Origin: Octopus sinensis
Taxonomy: Eukaryota
NCBI RefSeq assembly: GCF_006345805.1
Contig: NC_042999.1
Coordinates: forward strand, 73,718,001-73,782,000
Direction: 5' to 3'
DNA: 64,000 nt
A model generated the notes under the pieces. That model ran no database searches. It was not told the DNA's origin and saw only the letters and a list, made by a program, of their open reading frames with translations. Position 1 is the first letter of the stretch. Every line of letters begins with the position of its first letter. Positions 24,121 through 38,811 of the stretch are shown here, one piece after another. The position numbers were made by a program, and so were the translations under genes.

Positions 24121-24360
24121 ATAGCACTGATATCAAGAGCAACAACATTGTTTCTTACAATAGAAATTTAGTATATATCATAAAACTGAAATGAAATTAT
24201 GTTTATATTGACTAGGATCAGTTCTGCCATGCCAAAATATATAATCATTGGAGAAACAAGGAGTTTAGGCAATCTAAATCATTGGAAAACATCATAAAAA
24301 TTCTCTCCAGCTTCTGCATGACAAACATTTTTCAGAGATAAAGTAAACAGATTGGAAGAA

Positions 24361-24395
<35 letters not shown>

Positions 24396-24400
24396 TAGTA
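24361..24400. repeat. (TAG)n microsatellite
   Basis: About 11 perfect TAG units. Confidence 0.95.
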
Positions 24401-24944
24401 ATACTTCCTCCTACCCATCAACACACTATTGTGACTGGCACAGCTAGCGATCATCACTCCATCTGCTACAACCATTCAGTATAGATTAAGCTCCTCCTTC
24501 CATCTCCAACCATTCACTTCAAAGAATTCATAAATAAACCCTCCAGCCTACCATAAAATCTTCCCCTATGGCTCCTCAAGCCACAATGAAGGCAAGTTTT
24601 CTAAAAGACTATTAACTCCAAATAAAGTGTAGAGGGGAACAGTTTAGTTCAGTCAAATAGTATTTGACTTAAACTAAACTGGCCTTTAAGATTAGTGTCA
24701 CAATAAAATGCACTCAAACCTCATAGTAAAGTGGTTGGTGATAGGAAGATCATCCAATGAATGAAACTATGCCAAAATTATGACTTCAGAAACAACTAGT
24801 TATGGGGTGGTCACAGGAGAATATTTAAACATAACACCTCAACAGTCATAAATTGATATAAACTCTCTTTCAAATGCAGAATATGACAGAATAACAAAGA
24901 ACTACCTGTAACGATAAAACTCTCTTATCAAATACAAAACTTTA

Positions 24945-26580
24945 TGGTCACCACCATCAATGTTGGTACAATGAAAGGTAGATCTCAAAAATTAGTAAAG
25001 ATATTAGAATAAAGGTAAGTAGTTATGAGTTACATACAAAAGTTAAGATGGAAAAGAGCCTCAGCTAGATTCCTCATGACTAAGAATACAGGTACATACA
25101 CTTTTGTAGGGTAACAGCACTAGGGTAGTTGTAGGAGGCAGATTGTCAGCAGAAAAATGGGTAACCAGAGTATGTAACATAAAATTAAACTTAGACAAGA
25201 CACAGGCAATATGACAATGTGAGTTCTCTGCATACATACCACAATCAGAACTGACAAATGAGGAAGGCAGTTATTTCTATGAAGCCTTCTTACAGTCTAC
25301 CTTAATGATGACAGCCTCACTATCACATTAAAATGAACATGCTGGGCAATACCATGATGCCTATTCTGATGCACATGGAATCTATGAGTACAAAGAAAGA
25401 AGAATGTGCAAGGCTCTTGGAGTTCAATAATGCAAATGACCTAACCATTAGCAATACCAATTTCAAGAAACCAGTCAACCAAAAGATCATCAATCAGGGA
25501 ACATGCAAAGCCAGATAGACTTCATGTTCATAGGAAATGAGATAGGTGATTGTTAATATAAAATTTATCTCTGTGAATAATGTAATTCCTAATATAGATT
25601 AGTAATATCAGTGTAAGAGGTAGATGAACAGGGAGGTATAATAGCTGAATAATCAACTGCTAGGCATAGATTCCGAGAAGTTGTAGGCAACATTATGTTG
25701 TAAAGGAGGAAGAAATAGATCTGTGGAAGGAACAATGTAAGAGCCAGATGAAATGGGATATGGAAGTGGAATGGTAGAGAGAACCATTGAAGCTGGAAAA
25801 TACGAAGAAAAAGGAAGCAAGGAACGCTAACAAATAGCTAAAAGAGAAACTAGATATCAGGCATAGATAAGCAAAGGGGCAAGCTAAAGGTTAGTTGTTA
25901 CCAAATGGTCAAATTTTGTAATGAGAGGACCAGAGGTGTGAGGAGTTTAAAATTGTGGAGGTAGTGTATCAATTCAAATTAAGATGTTGTTGAAAAAAAG
26001 TGTTTTCAGAATGGCAACAGCATACTTATCTTCATTGACACACACACACACACACACAAATGTCATTATGAGAATGTTTAGGAGAAAAATGGACTACCTC
26101 ATGCAGACCCAACAGAGAGACTAGCTATTGAAACCAAGAGCAATACAGTTTAAGGTACAATTAACAATATGAAGGCAAGAAAGACAACTGGACCATCAGC
26201 AATAGTTGTTGAAATATTGAAAATATCCAATGAAGTAGGACACATGCTAGTCATTCACACATTCAAACATAGTCAATTAGTTTATCTAGAAAAGTGTCAT
26301 AGCCAATGACTGGTGTGCCAGTAATATCATCAACTGCAACAAGGGCATTAAACTGATGGAACCAAGTTATAGAAGTTATTTATAGCACAGGAGAATTAGA
26401 AAAAAAAACTAGCTACAAAGAGATGCATTTTGGGTTAGTACCAAGATAAGGTACCACTGATTCTTCTTCCTAGTAAGACAACTACATGATAAAGAGAAAG
26501 CCCTACATATAGCCTTCATTGGACTGGAGAATGCCTTTGAGAAGATACAACACTAATTTGGTGAGTGCTAAGGAAATTAG
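24945..26580 (+). mobile_element. Old, heavily decayed RTE LINE (AP endonuclease to RT N-half)
   Basis: TINVGTMKGRS at the start, LLEFNNANDLTISNTNFKK, and later nucleotide similarity to 14450-15070. Confidence 0.75.
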
Positions 26581-26790
26581 GATGTTGCTGCTCTCTAACC
26601 CCAGGGTAACTCTACTTAAGTTGATTTATGATGAAAGCAGTGACCTTCCTATCATTGCAGGGGAACCCAAGATCACATTAGCAAATATGTTCTTTTCAAG
26701 GAGGGTAGAATGAGATTTGTGTAAAATTTGGTTGTTATTTCTAGCAGATCAAGCAACCACATAGTGTTCCACTTGTTGGCCTAAAATCTA

Positions 26791-28015
26791 CACTATGTGA
26801 CCAAAAATATCCAGACACTCTGTGAAACAGGTGTTTATCATAGAGGGTTATCATAGAGTAGATCACAGAGGGCACCACAGTACTACCATTTACCATGCAG
26901 AACACATGGTCAACGATCTCAGAAGCTGGCTACAGCGCTAAACAGCAGAATGGGATGCTCTGTAGAACTAACAAGACTTTCAATGTAGTCAGGTGGTTGT
27001 GTGCCACTTGTTTAATAAGCCTGTACACAAGATTTCCACCCTCCTGAACATCCCTAGGTTCACTACTTCTGATGTAATAGTGAAATGGAAACCTGAAGGA
27101 ACATGTACAACCAAAAAGCGTTTGGGCTGACCTCCTATGTTAAACCCTAGAGACAGTCGAGTATTGAAGAGGGTCATATGGCATAAGTGTCTATCACCCC
27201 TCGCCACCATCACACAGGAATTCTAAACTGTACCAGGATCTATTCCAAACACCATGACTGTTCAGTGCAAGGTGTGGAAACTTGGTTTCCATGGAAGAGT
27301 AGCTTCCCATATGCCATGTATCACACAGACAAATGACCAACAACACCTCACATGGTGTATAGAGCATTGAAACTGTACTATAGAACAGTGGGAAACTGTT
27401 GTGTGGAGTGATGAATCATGGTACACAATATGACAATCTAATGATGTGGCGGGGATACCTGTTCAACAAAATGCACCAGCCTATATAGTGCTGACTGTGA
27501 AATTCGGTAGTGGTGGATTCATGGTGTGATTGTTTTTCTCCTGGAGAGGGCTTGGCCTCCTTGTGGCACTATCACCGCACAAGCTTTAACCACTTTCATG
27601 TTGCCTTCCATCAAAGACCATTTCTGGGATGACCATTGTGTCTTTCAACACAACTGAGCAACCATCCATACTGCAGGGGCTGTATGGAAGTGGTTTGACA
27701 ACAACGTCCTACTGCACAGAATCCTGATTTAAATCCCATCAAATATCTCTAGGATGTTTTGGAATGCTGACTTTGTGCTAGATGACACCAACCCACATCA
27801 ATACCCTTGCTCATTTCAGCACTCCGCAAAGAATGGGCTGTCACTCCCCAGGAAACCTTCCACCACCTGTGGAAAGTATTCCAGCAAGAGTGGAGGCTGC
27901 CATGAAGGTTAAAGGTGGACCAACACCATATTGACTGCCTGTGTTCCCATGGAGGGTGGTCTAAACTTGTACTTAATTATCAGGTGGGTGTGCAGATACT
28001 TTTGATCACATAGTG
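26791..28015 (+). mobile_element. Tc1-family DNA transposon, decayed, both TIRs present
   Basis: TA|CACTATGTGACCAAAAATATC ... GATACTTTTGATCACATAGTG|TA; remnants VWSDES, VKFGSGGFMV and PDLNPI. Confidence 0.9.
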
Positions 28016-28074
28016 TAGATGTTGATGAATGTCTTGTGAGAATTGTTCAAGCCATATACTATTATGGGGATAAT

Positions 28075-28277
28075 AATGGTTTCAAATTTTTCCACAATGG
28101 CAGCCAATTTGGGGGGAGGGGATGTCACAATTACATCAACCCCAGTGTTCAACTGGTACTTAATTTATCAACCTCAAAAGGATGAAACGCAAAGTTCACC
28201 TTGGCCGAATTTGAACTCAGAACATAGCAGCAGACAAAATACTGCCTGACATGCTAACGATTCTGCCAGCCTAGCAC
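28075..28277 (-). mobile_element. tRNA-derived SINE with Deu/Nin-like central domain
   Basis: Minus-strand head GCTGGCAGAATCGTTAGCA..GAGTTCAAATTC, then CTTTGCGTTTCATCCTTTTGAGGTTGATAAATTAAGTACC. Related copies at ~22130-22310 and ~61495-61630. Confidence 0.7.
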
Positions 28278-28281
28278 TTTA

Positions 28282-31200
28282 TGTAATGGAGATAATAAAA
28301 ATGGAACACCCTTTCCACATGACAAGTGGTATGTGCTAGTCATTACAAATACTGTGATGTCGAAAAATTGGGGTAGTCAGTCATAGATAGTCATGTTTTG
28401 TCTAACTAACTATACTGCTATACCAGAGTGGACATTATAACAGTCCAACATTGGATTACAACAGTGGTGACAAGGAATTAACAAATTCATGGTAATTAAA
28501 CAAACTCACAAAAGTTTTTTATGTGAATTTTATGATATACAAAAGTGTAAAATTATAGAAGATTTGTTGCCCGGTTTGCTCAAGTTTCAAAAATAGCAAC
28601 AACAACAATTCAAGGAACAACAGCAGCAACAACAATTACTATTACAACAACATACTCTGCAATAAATGAATAGTAAGTCATCCAAAAACGCTGAAAAGAT
28701 GTTCTTGCCAGATTATGTTACAAACTCAATAACAGAATTTAAGTATGAACCAAATGAAGGAGTTATCTTCAAGGCATATTTTAGAAGATATGAACAAATC
28801 TTCAATAAAAAGTGCAAAGACTGAGATGACGATTTGAAAACATGTCTAATCCTAAGAAAACTGGCAGCAGGAGAACATGAGCATTACAGCAATTATGTAC
28901 TCCCAAAAAAACCTTCTGACATAAACTTTAGAAATACAATAGACATATTGTGTAAAATTCTTAGCAAGAAAAGTTTGTTGTTCAATACACACTGGAAATA
29001 TTTGAACCTAGAAAAGAACAATGAGGAGGACTACATCACATATGCTGGCAGAGTTAATAGAGAATGTGAAAAGTTCAAACTGGATCAATTAATGCCAGAT
29101 ATGTTCAAGTGCCTGATATTTACTCAGGGACTAACTGCAGGAAAAGACACAGAAATAAGAACAAGAATTTTGACGAGCTGGAACAAAACCAAGCTGTAAC
29201 CTCACAAGTGTCAAGAGTGTGAAAGAATAATAAATTTAAGATACAACACAGAGTAAAAATGAGCATAAATATTGTTCCCAAGTGAAAAAGTGCAAAACTG
29301 GCAGAACAGAAAGTGTGTACTAAAATACAGTACAAGCAGGACAAAAAATCCAGAAACAAATGCATGTTTTGGATGTGGAGGTCTACACCTGAGAACAAAA
29401 TTGCCCATTTAAGAAAGTGGAATATTTCCATTGAGGAAAAATTGGATACGTAAAAGCACACTGTAAAACCAAGATAACAAAATGTTAGAATGTAGGAAAA
29501 AGAATAAACAAGATGCCATCAAAAGAAAATAGTAATATGGCAAAGAAGAAATTTGTAAATGTGAAAACTGAAAATGTAAGAGTAAAAATGCAGATAGACA
29601 CTGGAAGTGATATTACCACTGTGAATGAAAAAACTATAAAAAAGTATATCAGTAAGCCAAAATTAAGTAAATCTACAAAAGTAGCACATGAGTAAAAGAT
29701 TGTATTTTGTAGGTGAATTTGTGTGTAATGTGACATTTCGTGATCAAATGAAAAAGTAAAAGTTTGTGTTAAAAAATTCAGGTAATCTATTTGGTACAGA
29801 GTAGATGGAACTGTTCAAATTGTGAAATACGCCCATAAATGTTTTGTGTGGGAATATAGTCAGTTTAGTCAACGGTCCGAATGTGGCTGAGGGATTGAAA
29901 TGAAAAATAAAACATTTCCAGATGTTTTCTTGGATGAGCTGAGCTGCTGCAAGAAAACGAAGGCAAAAATTTTAGCAAAACAAAGTGCAACACCTGTATT
30001 TAAGTCAAAAAATATATCTACCATTTGCAGAACTAGAGCAGGAAAATAAGGAACTTGAAAGACTAGGAATAATCAAGAAAATGGACCACTCAGATTGGGC
30101 AGCATCTACAGTCCATGTAAAAAAGAAAAATACTAAGTTAAGAGTTTGTGTAGATTTTTCAACAGGGTTGAATGATTGCTTAATCTCACATAACTATCCA
30201 TTGCCGAGTCCTGGAGAAGTGTTTGCAAGATTGAATAGAGGGAAATTCTTCTCAAAATCAGACCTCTTGGAGGCATATTTACAAATCCAAGTAGAAGATT
30301 TGAATGCTCACACTTATTAGCCATTGTTGTTTATTTAAATCACACTGCTGTTCATTTAAATTTAAGCGGCTTCCCCTTCAGTGTGAAAGTGGCCTCTTCC
30401 ACATTTCAACAAGTAATGGACACAATGCTGGCAGTGATTTTGCTATTGCCTATTTAGACAATATCATAATAAAAATCAAATCAAACAACATGTAGAACAT
30501 GTAAAAAGGGTATTTGAGAAAATAAGAGAATATGGTTTTAAGATAATAGATTAAAAGGTATGGAAACCAGATCCATCCAGAGCAACTGCAATAGAAAATA
30601 TGTCCACACTGAATAATGTGACTATGCTACAAGCATTCTTGGGGTTAGTAAATTACTACCAAATTTATATTCCCAATATACACAATGTAAGGGCCCCGCT
30701 CAATGATTTGTTAAAGAAAACTGCAAAATGGTGCTAGACTGATAGGGACCAGAAAGCAGTTGATGAATTAAAAAACATTTTAATATTGAACTTATCGTTA
30801 ACACAGTTTGATCTAAAGCTGGATGTTATATTAGCTACAGATGTGAGTGATTATGGTGTAGGAGCAGTACTGCACAAATATGATGATGCGAGTAAAAAGG
30901 CTATAGCCCATGTGTCATGATCGTTATTACCAGTAGAAAAGAACTACAGCCAAATAGATTTATTCATGGAAGAACTTTCTATCTACAAACAGAATCATCA
31001 CCCACTACTGTCAATATAAGGAATGCCAACACACACAGTGAATAGATTACAGTGGTGGGGCACTACATTATTGATTTATGATTACAAAATGGAACATTTA
31101 CTGTCAAAACAAAAAACTAGGGCATGCAGATGGTTTGTCCAGACGGATACCAAAACACTGCAAGCCATTCGAAGATACAGTAATTGCAGTATTAAGATCA

Positions 31201-32713
31201 GAAAGAGAAATAAAAAATGTAATGTGGAATGTGGTATGTGAATTACTGGTAACCCTAGAAGACAAAACGAAATGCGGAAAAGAACAACTTCATAACATAA
31301 ATGAAAAGACTACTGTGGACAGGAGTAAATAGGAACAGGATTGATGTGAAATAGAACTAAGACGTGAACCTATACTCAATTTGAGATGGCATACTGATCT
31401 GTGCACAGAGAGTAATAATACCTGAAATACTACAAAAGAAAATGTTATGGGAATTCCATGTTGAGCATCCTGGTATTTCGAGGATGAAAGCTTTCATGCA
31501 TACCTATGTGTACTGGCCAAAAATAAAGAAATCTAAAATTTAGTGAAAGGCTGCAGAAGATGTGCTCTAGTGGCAAAATTACTGATGATAAAAAGTGAAC
31601 CTTGGCCAAAAGTAGATGGGCCATGGTTGAGACTACACATCGATTTCACTGGTCGCTTAAAAGGTTCATACTACTTAGTGGTAGTAGTTTTGTCTAAATG
31701 GCCAGAAATTTATAAGTGTAAAAAGCCAACCTCCTCAACTACGACAAACTTTCTACATCAGCTGTTTGTGAGATTTGGTGTCCCAGACACGATAGTGTCT
31801 GACAATGGAACGCAATTTATGTCTTTTGAGTTTAAATAGTTTTGTAAAACATTCACTATAGCACAGGCACCATATCATCCTAAATCTAACAGACAAGCAG
31901 AATCCTTTGTCGATACATTCAATAGAGCCTTAAAAAGGTTAAATAAGGAAGTCATGGATGAAGTAGCTCTACAACAATTCTTAAGAGTATACCATGTGAC
32001 ACCAAATCCAAATACACCAGTAGGTATGTCACCAGTGGAACTGATGTTTGCAAGGAAAATAAAATTAGTCTTTAACAAATTAGTACCTGGTAAGAAAAAT
32101 TGCAATGGATAATACAGCAAAATATTTCAAAATTGGTGAAAATGTATTTGTTAGGGCATATAAGAATTGAAAACAAAGTTGGGAAGCTGGCATGATTACC
32201 AAACATATAGGAAAAATGCTAATTGGGTAAAAGGAAGAAAAGGGGTACACAAGAGACATGAATCAACTAAAGAAAAAATGATTCGTTGAGAGCAAACCCA
32301 AGAAAATGGAAGAACCAATGGAATGGTTATATGATACTTTTCAAGTACCAATGCCACTACAAATAATTGAACCCAGACAAACAAGTGAAAGAAAATGTAT
32401 GAAGTTCCTGGAAGTGGGTGCCAAACAAAAAATTAGATTATAACTGTATGAAAAAAGAAAGCTCAAAAAAGGGAGGTGGGGTGAAGTAAATTTTATGGCT
32501 AATTAAAAGGAATAAAATTACACTCCCTAAGAAAAAAAAGAAAAACTTTAAAGGGGAGATGTTATGAGGATAATGATAATGGATGAGTGGTATGGTAGTC
32601 ATTACAAATACTGTGATGTCAAGAAGTCGGTCATAGATAGTCACATCTAACTTGTGTAACTATACTGCTATACCGGAGTGGATGTTATAACAGTCCAACG
32701 TTGGATTACAACA
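28282..32713 (+). mobile_element. Ty3/Gypsy LTR retrotransposon, decayed
   Basis: LTRs at 28282-28463 and 32560-32713 (TG...CA), PBS-like TGGTGAC after the 5' LTR, PPT AAAGGGGAGA. Gag Cys knuckle, PR (IDTGSDIT), RT (LRVCVDF, YLDN), RNase H (ATDVSDYGVGAVL) and INT (LHIDF, VSDNGTQF) occur in Gypsy order. Confidence 0.93.
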
Positions 32714-32779
32714 AATACAAAGATGCAAGGTGAAAATCGGCAACGAGTTCAGCAAAAAATTTAGCATACAAACAGGGGG

Positions 32780-33655
32780 GCCATCAGAATTTGGCTCTTA
32801 ATCCTCAAATCTGTCAAATATTTAATGTAAAAATTCCAAATATGGAATTAAAAACCTAGTAAAAGTTTTAGCAGAAAAGAAATCAGGACTATTGACCTCT
32901 AGGAAGTGACCATGCTTGATATGCAGGAAAGATTTGGATGAGAAATCTATACAGTGCACCCAATGTAAACTATGGGGGCACAGAAAGTGTCGTGGAATCA
33001 AAGATAAGCTGGCAAAGAATGACTTCTTTGTGGCAGATGAACAAGAGTAAGCAGTATAACCATCTACGAAATAAATTCTTTCAGCTTCCCAAAAGGCTCT
33101 ATCGAAGTTTATAGCTTCTATTAGACAGATGACAAAATTAGCAGTGCAGAGGAATAACAGAGTCAAAATGTTTAGGAAACTATTACCTCAAATAGCAACA
33201 AAGAGATTCTCTTTCCAAGTAAAAGGTAGAATGTTCAATACTTATATAAAGACCAATGTTGCATGAAATACAGAAGATATGTGCCAGTTAGAAATGAGAT
33301 GCTCTACTAGATATATAAATGTAGAAAATGTATGACCGTTGGAAAAGACTGAGGTGAAGATGCTGGGTATAAGAGGAATCACCTGTAGCATGCAAAAAAG
33401 AAAACTACCTTGATATGGATATTTGATGCCTACGGAGGATGATAGATACAGTTGATTAATGTGCCAAACAAGAGGTACCTGCAAATGATGAAGACCAAGG
33501 AAGACATTGTCAGGAAAAGCAAAAGCTAATCTCAGGAGGTTGAATGTCAAAATGGAAATGAAAAAGGACCACAAGTGGAGAAACATCATACTAGAGAAAA
33601 ACCATCCAGCCCATACAAACATGAAAAAAAAAATGATATAAAAATTATGATGATG
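32780..33655 (+). mobile_element. Old RTE LINE 3' half, decayed
   Basis: PCLICRKDLDEKSIQCTQCKLWGHRKC matches the Cys-rich insert of the young RTE; ends in CCATCCAGCCCAT..(ATG)n. Confidence 0.75.
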
Positions 33656-36600
33656 AATTGCACTTAATAAACAAAACAGTCTTCAGTTACTAGAAATAAT
33701 CTAATGCAAACTTCAAAACACAAATATATAATTGTAGAACTGTAGAACACCACCAGAGAGAAATCAATGTCTGATTGAAGTATCAAGGAACATCAAATTC
33801 CAAACATTGAAACTGGTTTGCAAGCAAATTATAAATAAAATGTTACTATAACCAGTGCAATCAACTCATCACTTTAATCAACATCTTTTCTCATGCTCTT
33901 GATAATTAAATCTATGTAGAAATATAAAAAATTGATTGCACATAAAGAAACTACAACCAAAGTCTGTGCGTAATAAATTTAAATACAACCATCTATATTT
34001 ATTTACATAGAAAGAAAAACAGCAAACAAATGTAGCTTGTGACAGAAACCAACCCAATAGCATTAAAACTATAAGCCTAAATTTCATCAATCCTATATAA
34101 AATAAAGTATAAAATAACAGTTGGAAGGAAGGAAAGTACTATACTGGAACTCACATGATGAATTTTGTTTATTACATTTTATGGATGCCACACTCGTGAT
34201 TCTGAGGATGCCAAGTTTAGATTTGAAGATGATAAAATTTGGATCAAAACCACATAGCCTAATGAATGTGAAATTTGGGAAGGTAGCTCATATTTCTTTC
34301 ACCAAGCAATCTACAATTACACACACACAAAAAAAAACTTCAAAATCTACAGAAGAACTGCAAAAAAGTTTTTAGGTCATTTTTTTTTATGATTTGAAAT
34401 TTTCTATTTCCAACAAAGTAATTTTATTAAATAAAATATAGTTTATTTGGACTGAAGAAAATATAAATTCATACTGTGTTGTGCATAAAATACATAGTTT
34501 ACTGGCTTTAATGTGTTTATCTTTATAGGAAACTAATGAAAATCTGCATCATATAAAATTCTAATGCTTAGGGCAAATGTTTCAGACACTGTAACACAAT
34601 AACAACATTCCAGTTCCTGAATGTTTTAAGATATTTGAAAATCTTCAAATATTGTAAAAGAATACAGATATTGATCCAATAATCATATTCCACTTCTGTA
34701 AATTTTAAAATATGTAAGACTCAGGGAGCCTGGTATTGTCATGTTTGACCACCAATGATTTTGATGCTCAACTATGTTTTATGTATTTTCAAAATGCTGA
34801 CAGTATGAAAGAATTGCAACTGTTTCTTCTGGCCACAGAGAGGATATTTAACAGTTTCTTTTTGATAGATCATCATACAAACACCAAATCTTCTAAAGTT
34901 CAAGTTGTGTGAGCATGAATGAAGATACTGTCTTCTGCTTCATTTCAAAATTTAATCCTATTTAGTCCTAATTATGAATTATTAATGTATGCAAGGTCAT
35001 TCTTGTTTGTACTCTTCAATCAAGCTAGGTATTCATGCAACTTTCTTCCAATTTTTTTTCATCATTTTCCTGACTGCAGACAGCTAACAAAAAAAATGCT
35101 TCCCAATCTTTTGTACAAAATTACACTAAGGTACATAATGTCTGATTTGAACTTATACAATTAAGGTTTTCATAAATAGGATATCTAATAAAACATACAT
35201 ATATATTTTAACTCAACACACCAATGTAAAAAGTGTCCTCTTGATGTTTTGGGACAAAGAAAACAACCAAATCTGCCTCAGAGCACACCTTACCATGTAA
35301 TCCTAGGTATACTATGCCTAAAAATAAAACAAAATGAATGCTAGAACTTTTGATTATAAGTCTGCATGACCATAACTAGCCTAGAACTAAACAATTTTGA
35401 ATGGCCCACTGCCAAAGTACTTTATCCACCTTTAATCATAATACGCCTTACTTTGCTACTGAGTAACATTCTACCATTTGATATAAAATAAGCTAAAACA
35501 GAAAAGAGTAAACTTCTAAATGATAAAATTTATTAAAACAATAGTAAATAACTCAATATATTAGAAAACAAGTTATAACTGAGAAGAAGAAAAATTCTGA
35601 ATTCCTAACTTCTCCCAATCCAATTTTTAAAAATACTTTCAAGTTTAGTAGAAATTTATATTGCCAAAATGTAACAAGAACCTGTGTAGTCACTTGACCA
35701 GCTACAAATAGTCAATCTTTTTCAGACTAACAGTAACTTGAAAAGAGAAAAATATATTGTAAAATCTAATTCTAAAACAATATGTCAGAACAGAAGACAG
35801 GGTAATTATGGTTGTCAACATGCAGATGGGAAAAAAAAGTGTGACAATGCAAAACAGACAGTTTGAATGTTGAAAAGTAGTATCTAAGTGCAAGATATAT
35901 ACAATACAATACAATGTGCAAAACACCAAAATCTTATCTAAATCTGCTCTGAATTCTAACGCACACAAAGTACTACTGTTTTTATACTAAAATCTCCAGC
36001 TCCAACAATGATCTGGTTCTAACTACAATAACTCCTCTCCAGACATTTCCTCATCTACATATAGCCACCAGAACCTTCACCCAGTTTTACCAAACAAAAC
36101 CCATCTCTATTCCTCATCATTTCTATTATAACTGACTTTCAAACCCTGCATTAACCATTTTTCACAATCCTTGTTTCCCAGAGCACTAACCATCTGATAT
36201 TCCTCTCAGTTGCCCATGTCAACTGACATGTTCATGTTGAACATCAGCAGTATCAACCTGTAATAAGGAGGCAGAACTTCAAAAGTTATGGGCACTCCAT
36301 TTCTGATTAAACCTTAAACCAACCCCAAAATTTCTTATAATCATCTTCCTATCACAGTCATCACAAGGATCAAAAGAAATAACTGCTTCCATCAAGAGAC
36401 AAAATTACAGTTCACAGAATATCACCATATATGGTACATTCATTCAACAAAATAATTGCAGAAGCTTATGAATTCATACCATAGACTAAAACCACTACAC
36501 TTAAGCACAAAAACCTCACACAAAGTGGAGAAAATGACAGCTTCGGCAACGTAACTCCTCAAACATTCCATCTAACATCAAAATCAGCAAATTTAAAACT

Positions 36601-36907
36601 ATTTCCCACCACTCACTCATAAACCTTAAGAATTTGCTTGATCTGTAAGAAAAATAACTAAATTTCCCTCAAATCACAATCTATCATGTTATGGGGAAAA
36701 TGCAGTATGAACAGGGTGGTTACATCTAGAAAACCTTTGATCATAGATCTATTCTTTCAGAACAAACTGGGCAAAACAACAAAACTGCTGGCTGGCAAAC
36801 TATCTAAAAGTTCACAAAGCATCTGCAAAGTACAATAAATACACACCTACCAAATGTAATTTCCCCCAACTACCACAAGGATGAAACCTATCACACATTA
36901 TTTTTAA

Positions 36908-37357
36908 CCTGTACCTACATAAAAACCACCATTCAAGTGTTGTTGTTGTTAGTGCTACCTGACTGGCTCCTGTGCCGGTGGCACGTAAAAAGCACCATTC
37001 AAGTGTTGTTATTGTCAGTGCCACCTGACTGGCTCCTGTGCCAGTGGCACATAAAAAGCACCATTCAAGTGTTGTTATTGTCAGTGCCACCTGACTGGCT
37101 CCTGTGCCAGTGGCACGTAAAAAGCACCATTCGAGCATGATCGATGCCAGTACCACCTGACTGACCCTCATGCCGGTGGCACATGAAAAGTACTCACTAC
37201 ACTCTGAGAGTGGTTGGCACTGGGAAGGGCATCCAGCTGTAGAAACCTTGCCAGATCAGATTGAAACTTGGTGCAGCCTTCTGGCTTGCCAGTCCTCAGT
37301 CAAACTATCCAACCTATTCTAGCATGGAAAGCAGACGTTAAACAATGATGATGATGA
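36908..37357 (+). mobile_element. RTE 3' UTR fragment with ~4.5 repeat units and tail
   Basis: ~66-67-bp units GTGCCRGTGGCACRTAAAAAGCACCATTC..., then the conserved tail and (ATG)n. Confidence 0.9.
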
Positions 37358-37894
37358 GTGTACTTTGAATGTCACATATTGCCGGAAATAATGAAACAAA
37401 AATACTCAAAATGAAGGATCAACTGAAAATGTAAGAGAGTTTGCACCAAGTTTTTACTCAAACATACATTGTCACAATAGGTCCAATAACACCAAACATG
37501 TCTACAACAGGCAAACATATATACACACTTGATCAACAGCAACATCAATAGCTTCACTAGCCCAAAACACTGTGCTAGGATTATACTACCATTAAATACA
37601 AATATCACACTGCAATCGATTCTACCAATCTATTTCAGTGTAGCCAAGATCAGAACCTACACAAACAGACTGGTCAGTGGAGGAAACACACCATGATCAG
37701 ACAACAACATAATGATAATCCACTACATAACAGCATAGTGTGGTCCTCAATCAAATGGAGTGTGTCATATCAGGATTGTTGGATCATATCTTGTCTAATC
37801 AGTATCTAAGACAATTTGATCAAGCCTATCAGGGACAACATTACAACAGGTATACCAGAAAAGCAGAGGAAGTACCCCATACTACTCCATACAA

Positions 37895-38195
37895 TTAGGG
37901 TAAAGGCTCCCTTCGGTCATAAATGACCATGAGATTACACCTAAAAAATTACCCTCTGAGGCACAAGCTTAAACAGGTTCTTTGTGGAAGACCAGCAGTT
38001 GCCCATGCATACCAGTCTCCTCTCTCCACACCAACAATGTTGTCCACGGGAAAGGCAAAGGCCAAGACAGCTTGACTCTAGTAAAGTCACAACTCATTTC
38101 TATGGCTAAGTGAACTGGAGCAATGTAAAAAAGCCTGGTCATGAAATTGAACTCACTACCTCATGATGCTCTAACCACTAAGCAATGCACCTTTA
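37895..38195 (-). mobile_element. tRNA-derived SINE (family of 58490-58795)
   Basis: Reverse-complement match to GCATGGGCGACTGCTGG and GCTCCAGTTCACT..GTAGAAATGAGTTG. Confidence 0.75.
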
Positions 38196-38811
38196 TGCAA
38201 TTAGCCACTGTATATCAGTGTGTATCATGTGGTCCTCAACCAAGTAGAAACGTTACATTTGGAGCACTGGTCTGTGGATTACATGGTCATTCAGGCTACT
38301 ATCCACATGCTATATGGTTGCTTAACTGGAGGAGACTTGGGCTGCATAACAACTAAATAGTAGAACTCAAACTGAAAGACACAAAATAGTATTTTAACAA
38401 GGATACTTTTGGTATTTTACTAATGTTATCTGAAGACTTTTATATTACTGAGAGAGGCCAGTTTCTTTCATTCTATTTATACAGATGTCACTACATTGTT
38501 AACGAAATTAGAAAAAGATAACAAATACTAATTGCTATCATCTAGTGTTTTCAATTTAATACCAACTTGACCAGTGATAGCGTGAAGGAATGAGATTAAA
38601 TTTTAGACGGCCTCAGATGTTTAATTAATGTCCAAGAAGGTTAGCTAATATTTTGTTAATAAAAAGAATTGGAACAGTTTCTTATGTCACAGCTGGCAGA
38701 TATTGAGTTTAGTGGACAAGTAGTATTATAAATTGGCTGTAGCAGGATGGTTTTAAAATGCTATTAAATTCATAAATCATGCTAAAAAAAAAACGATAGT
38801 TAACCAACAAT

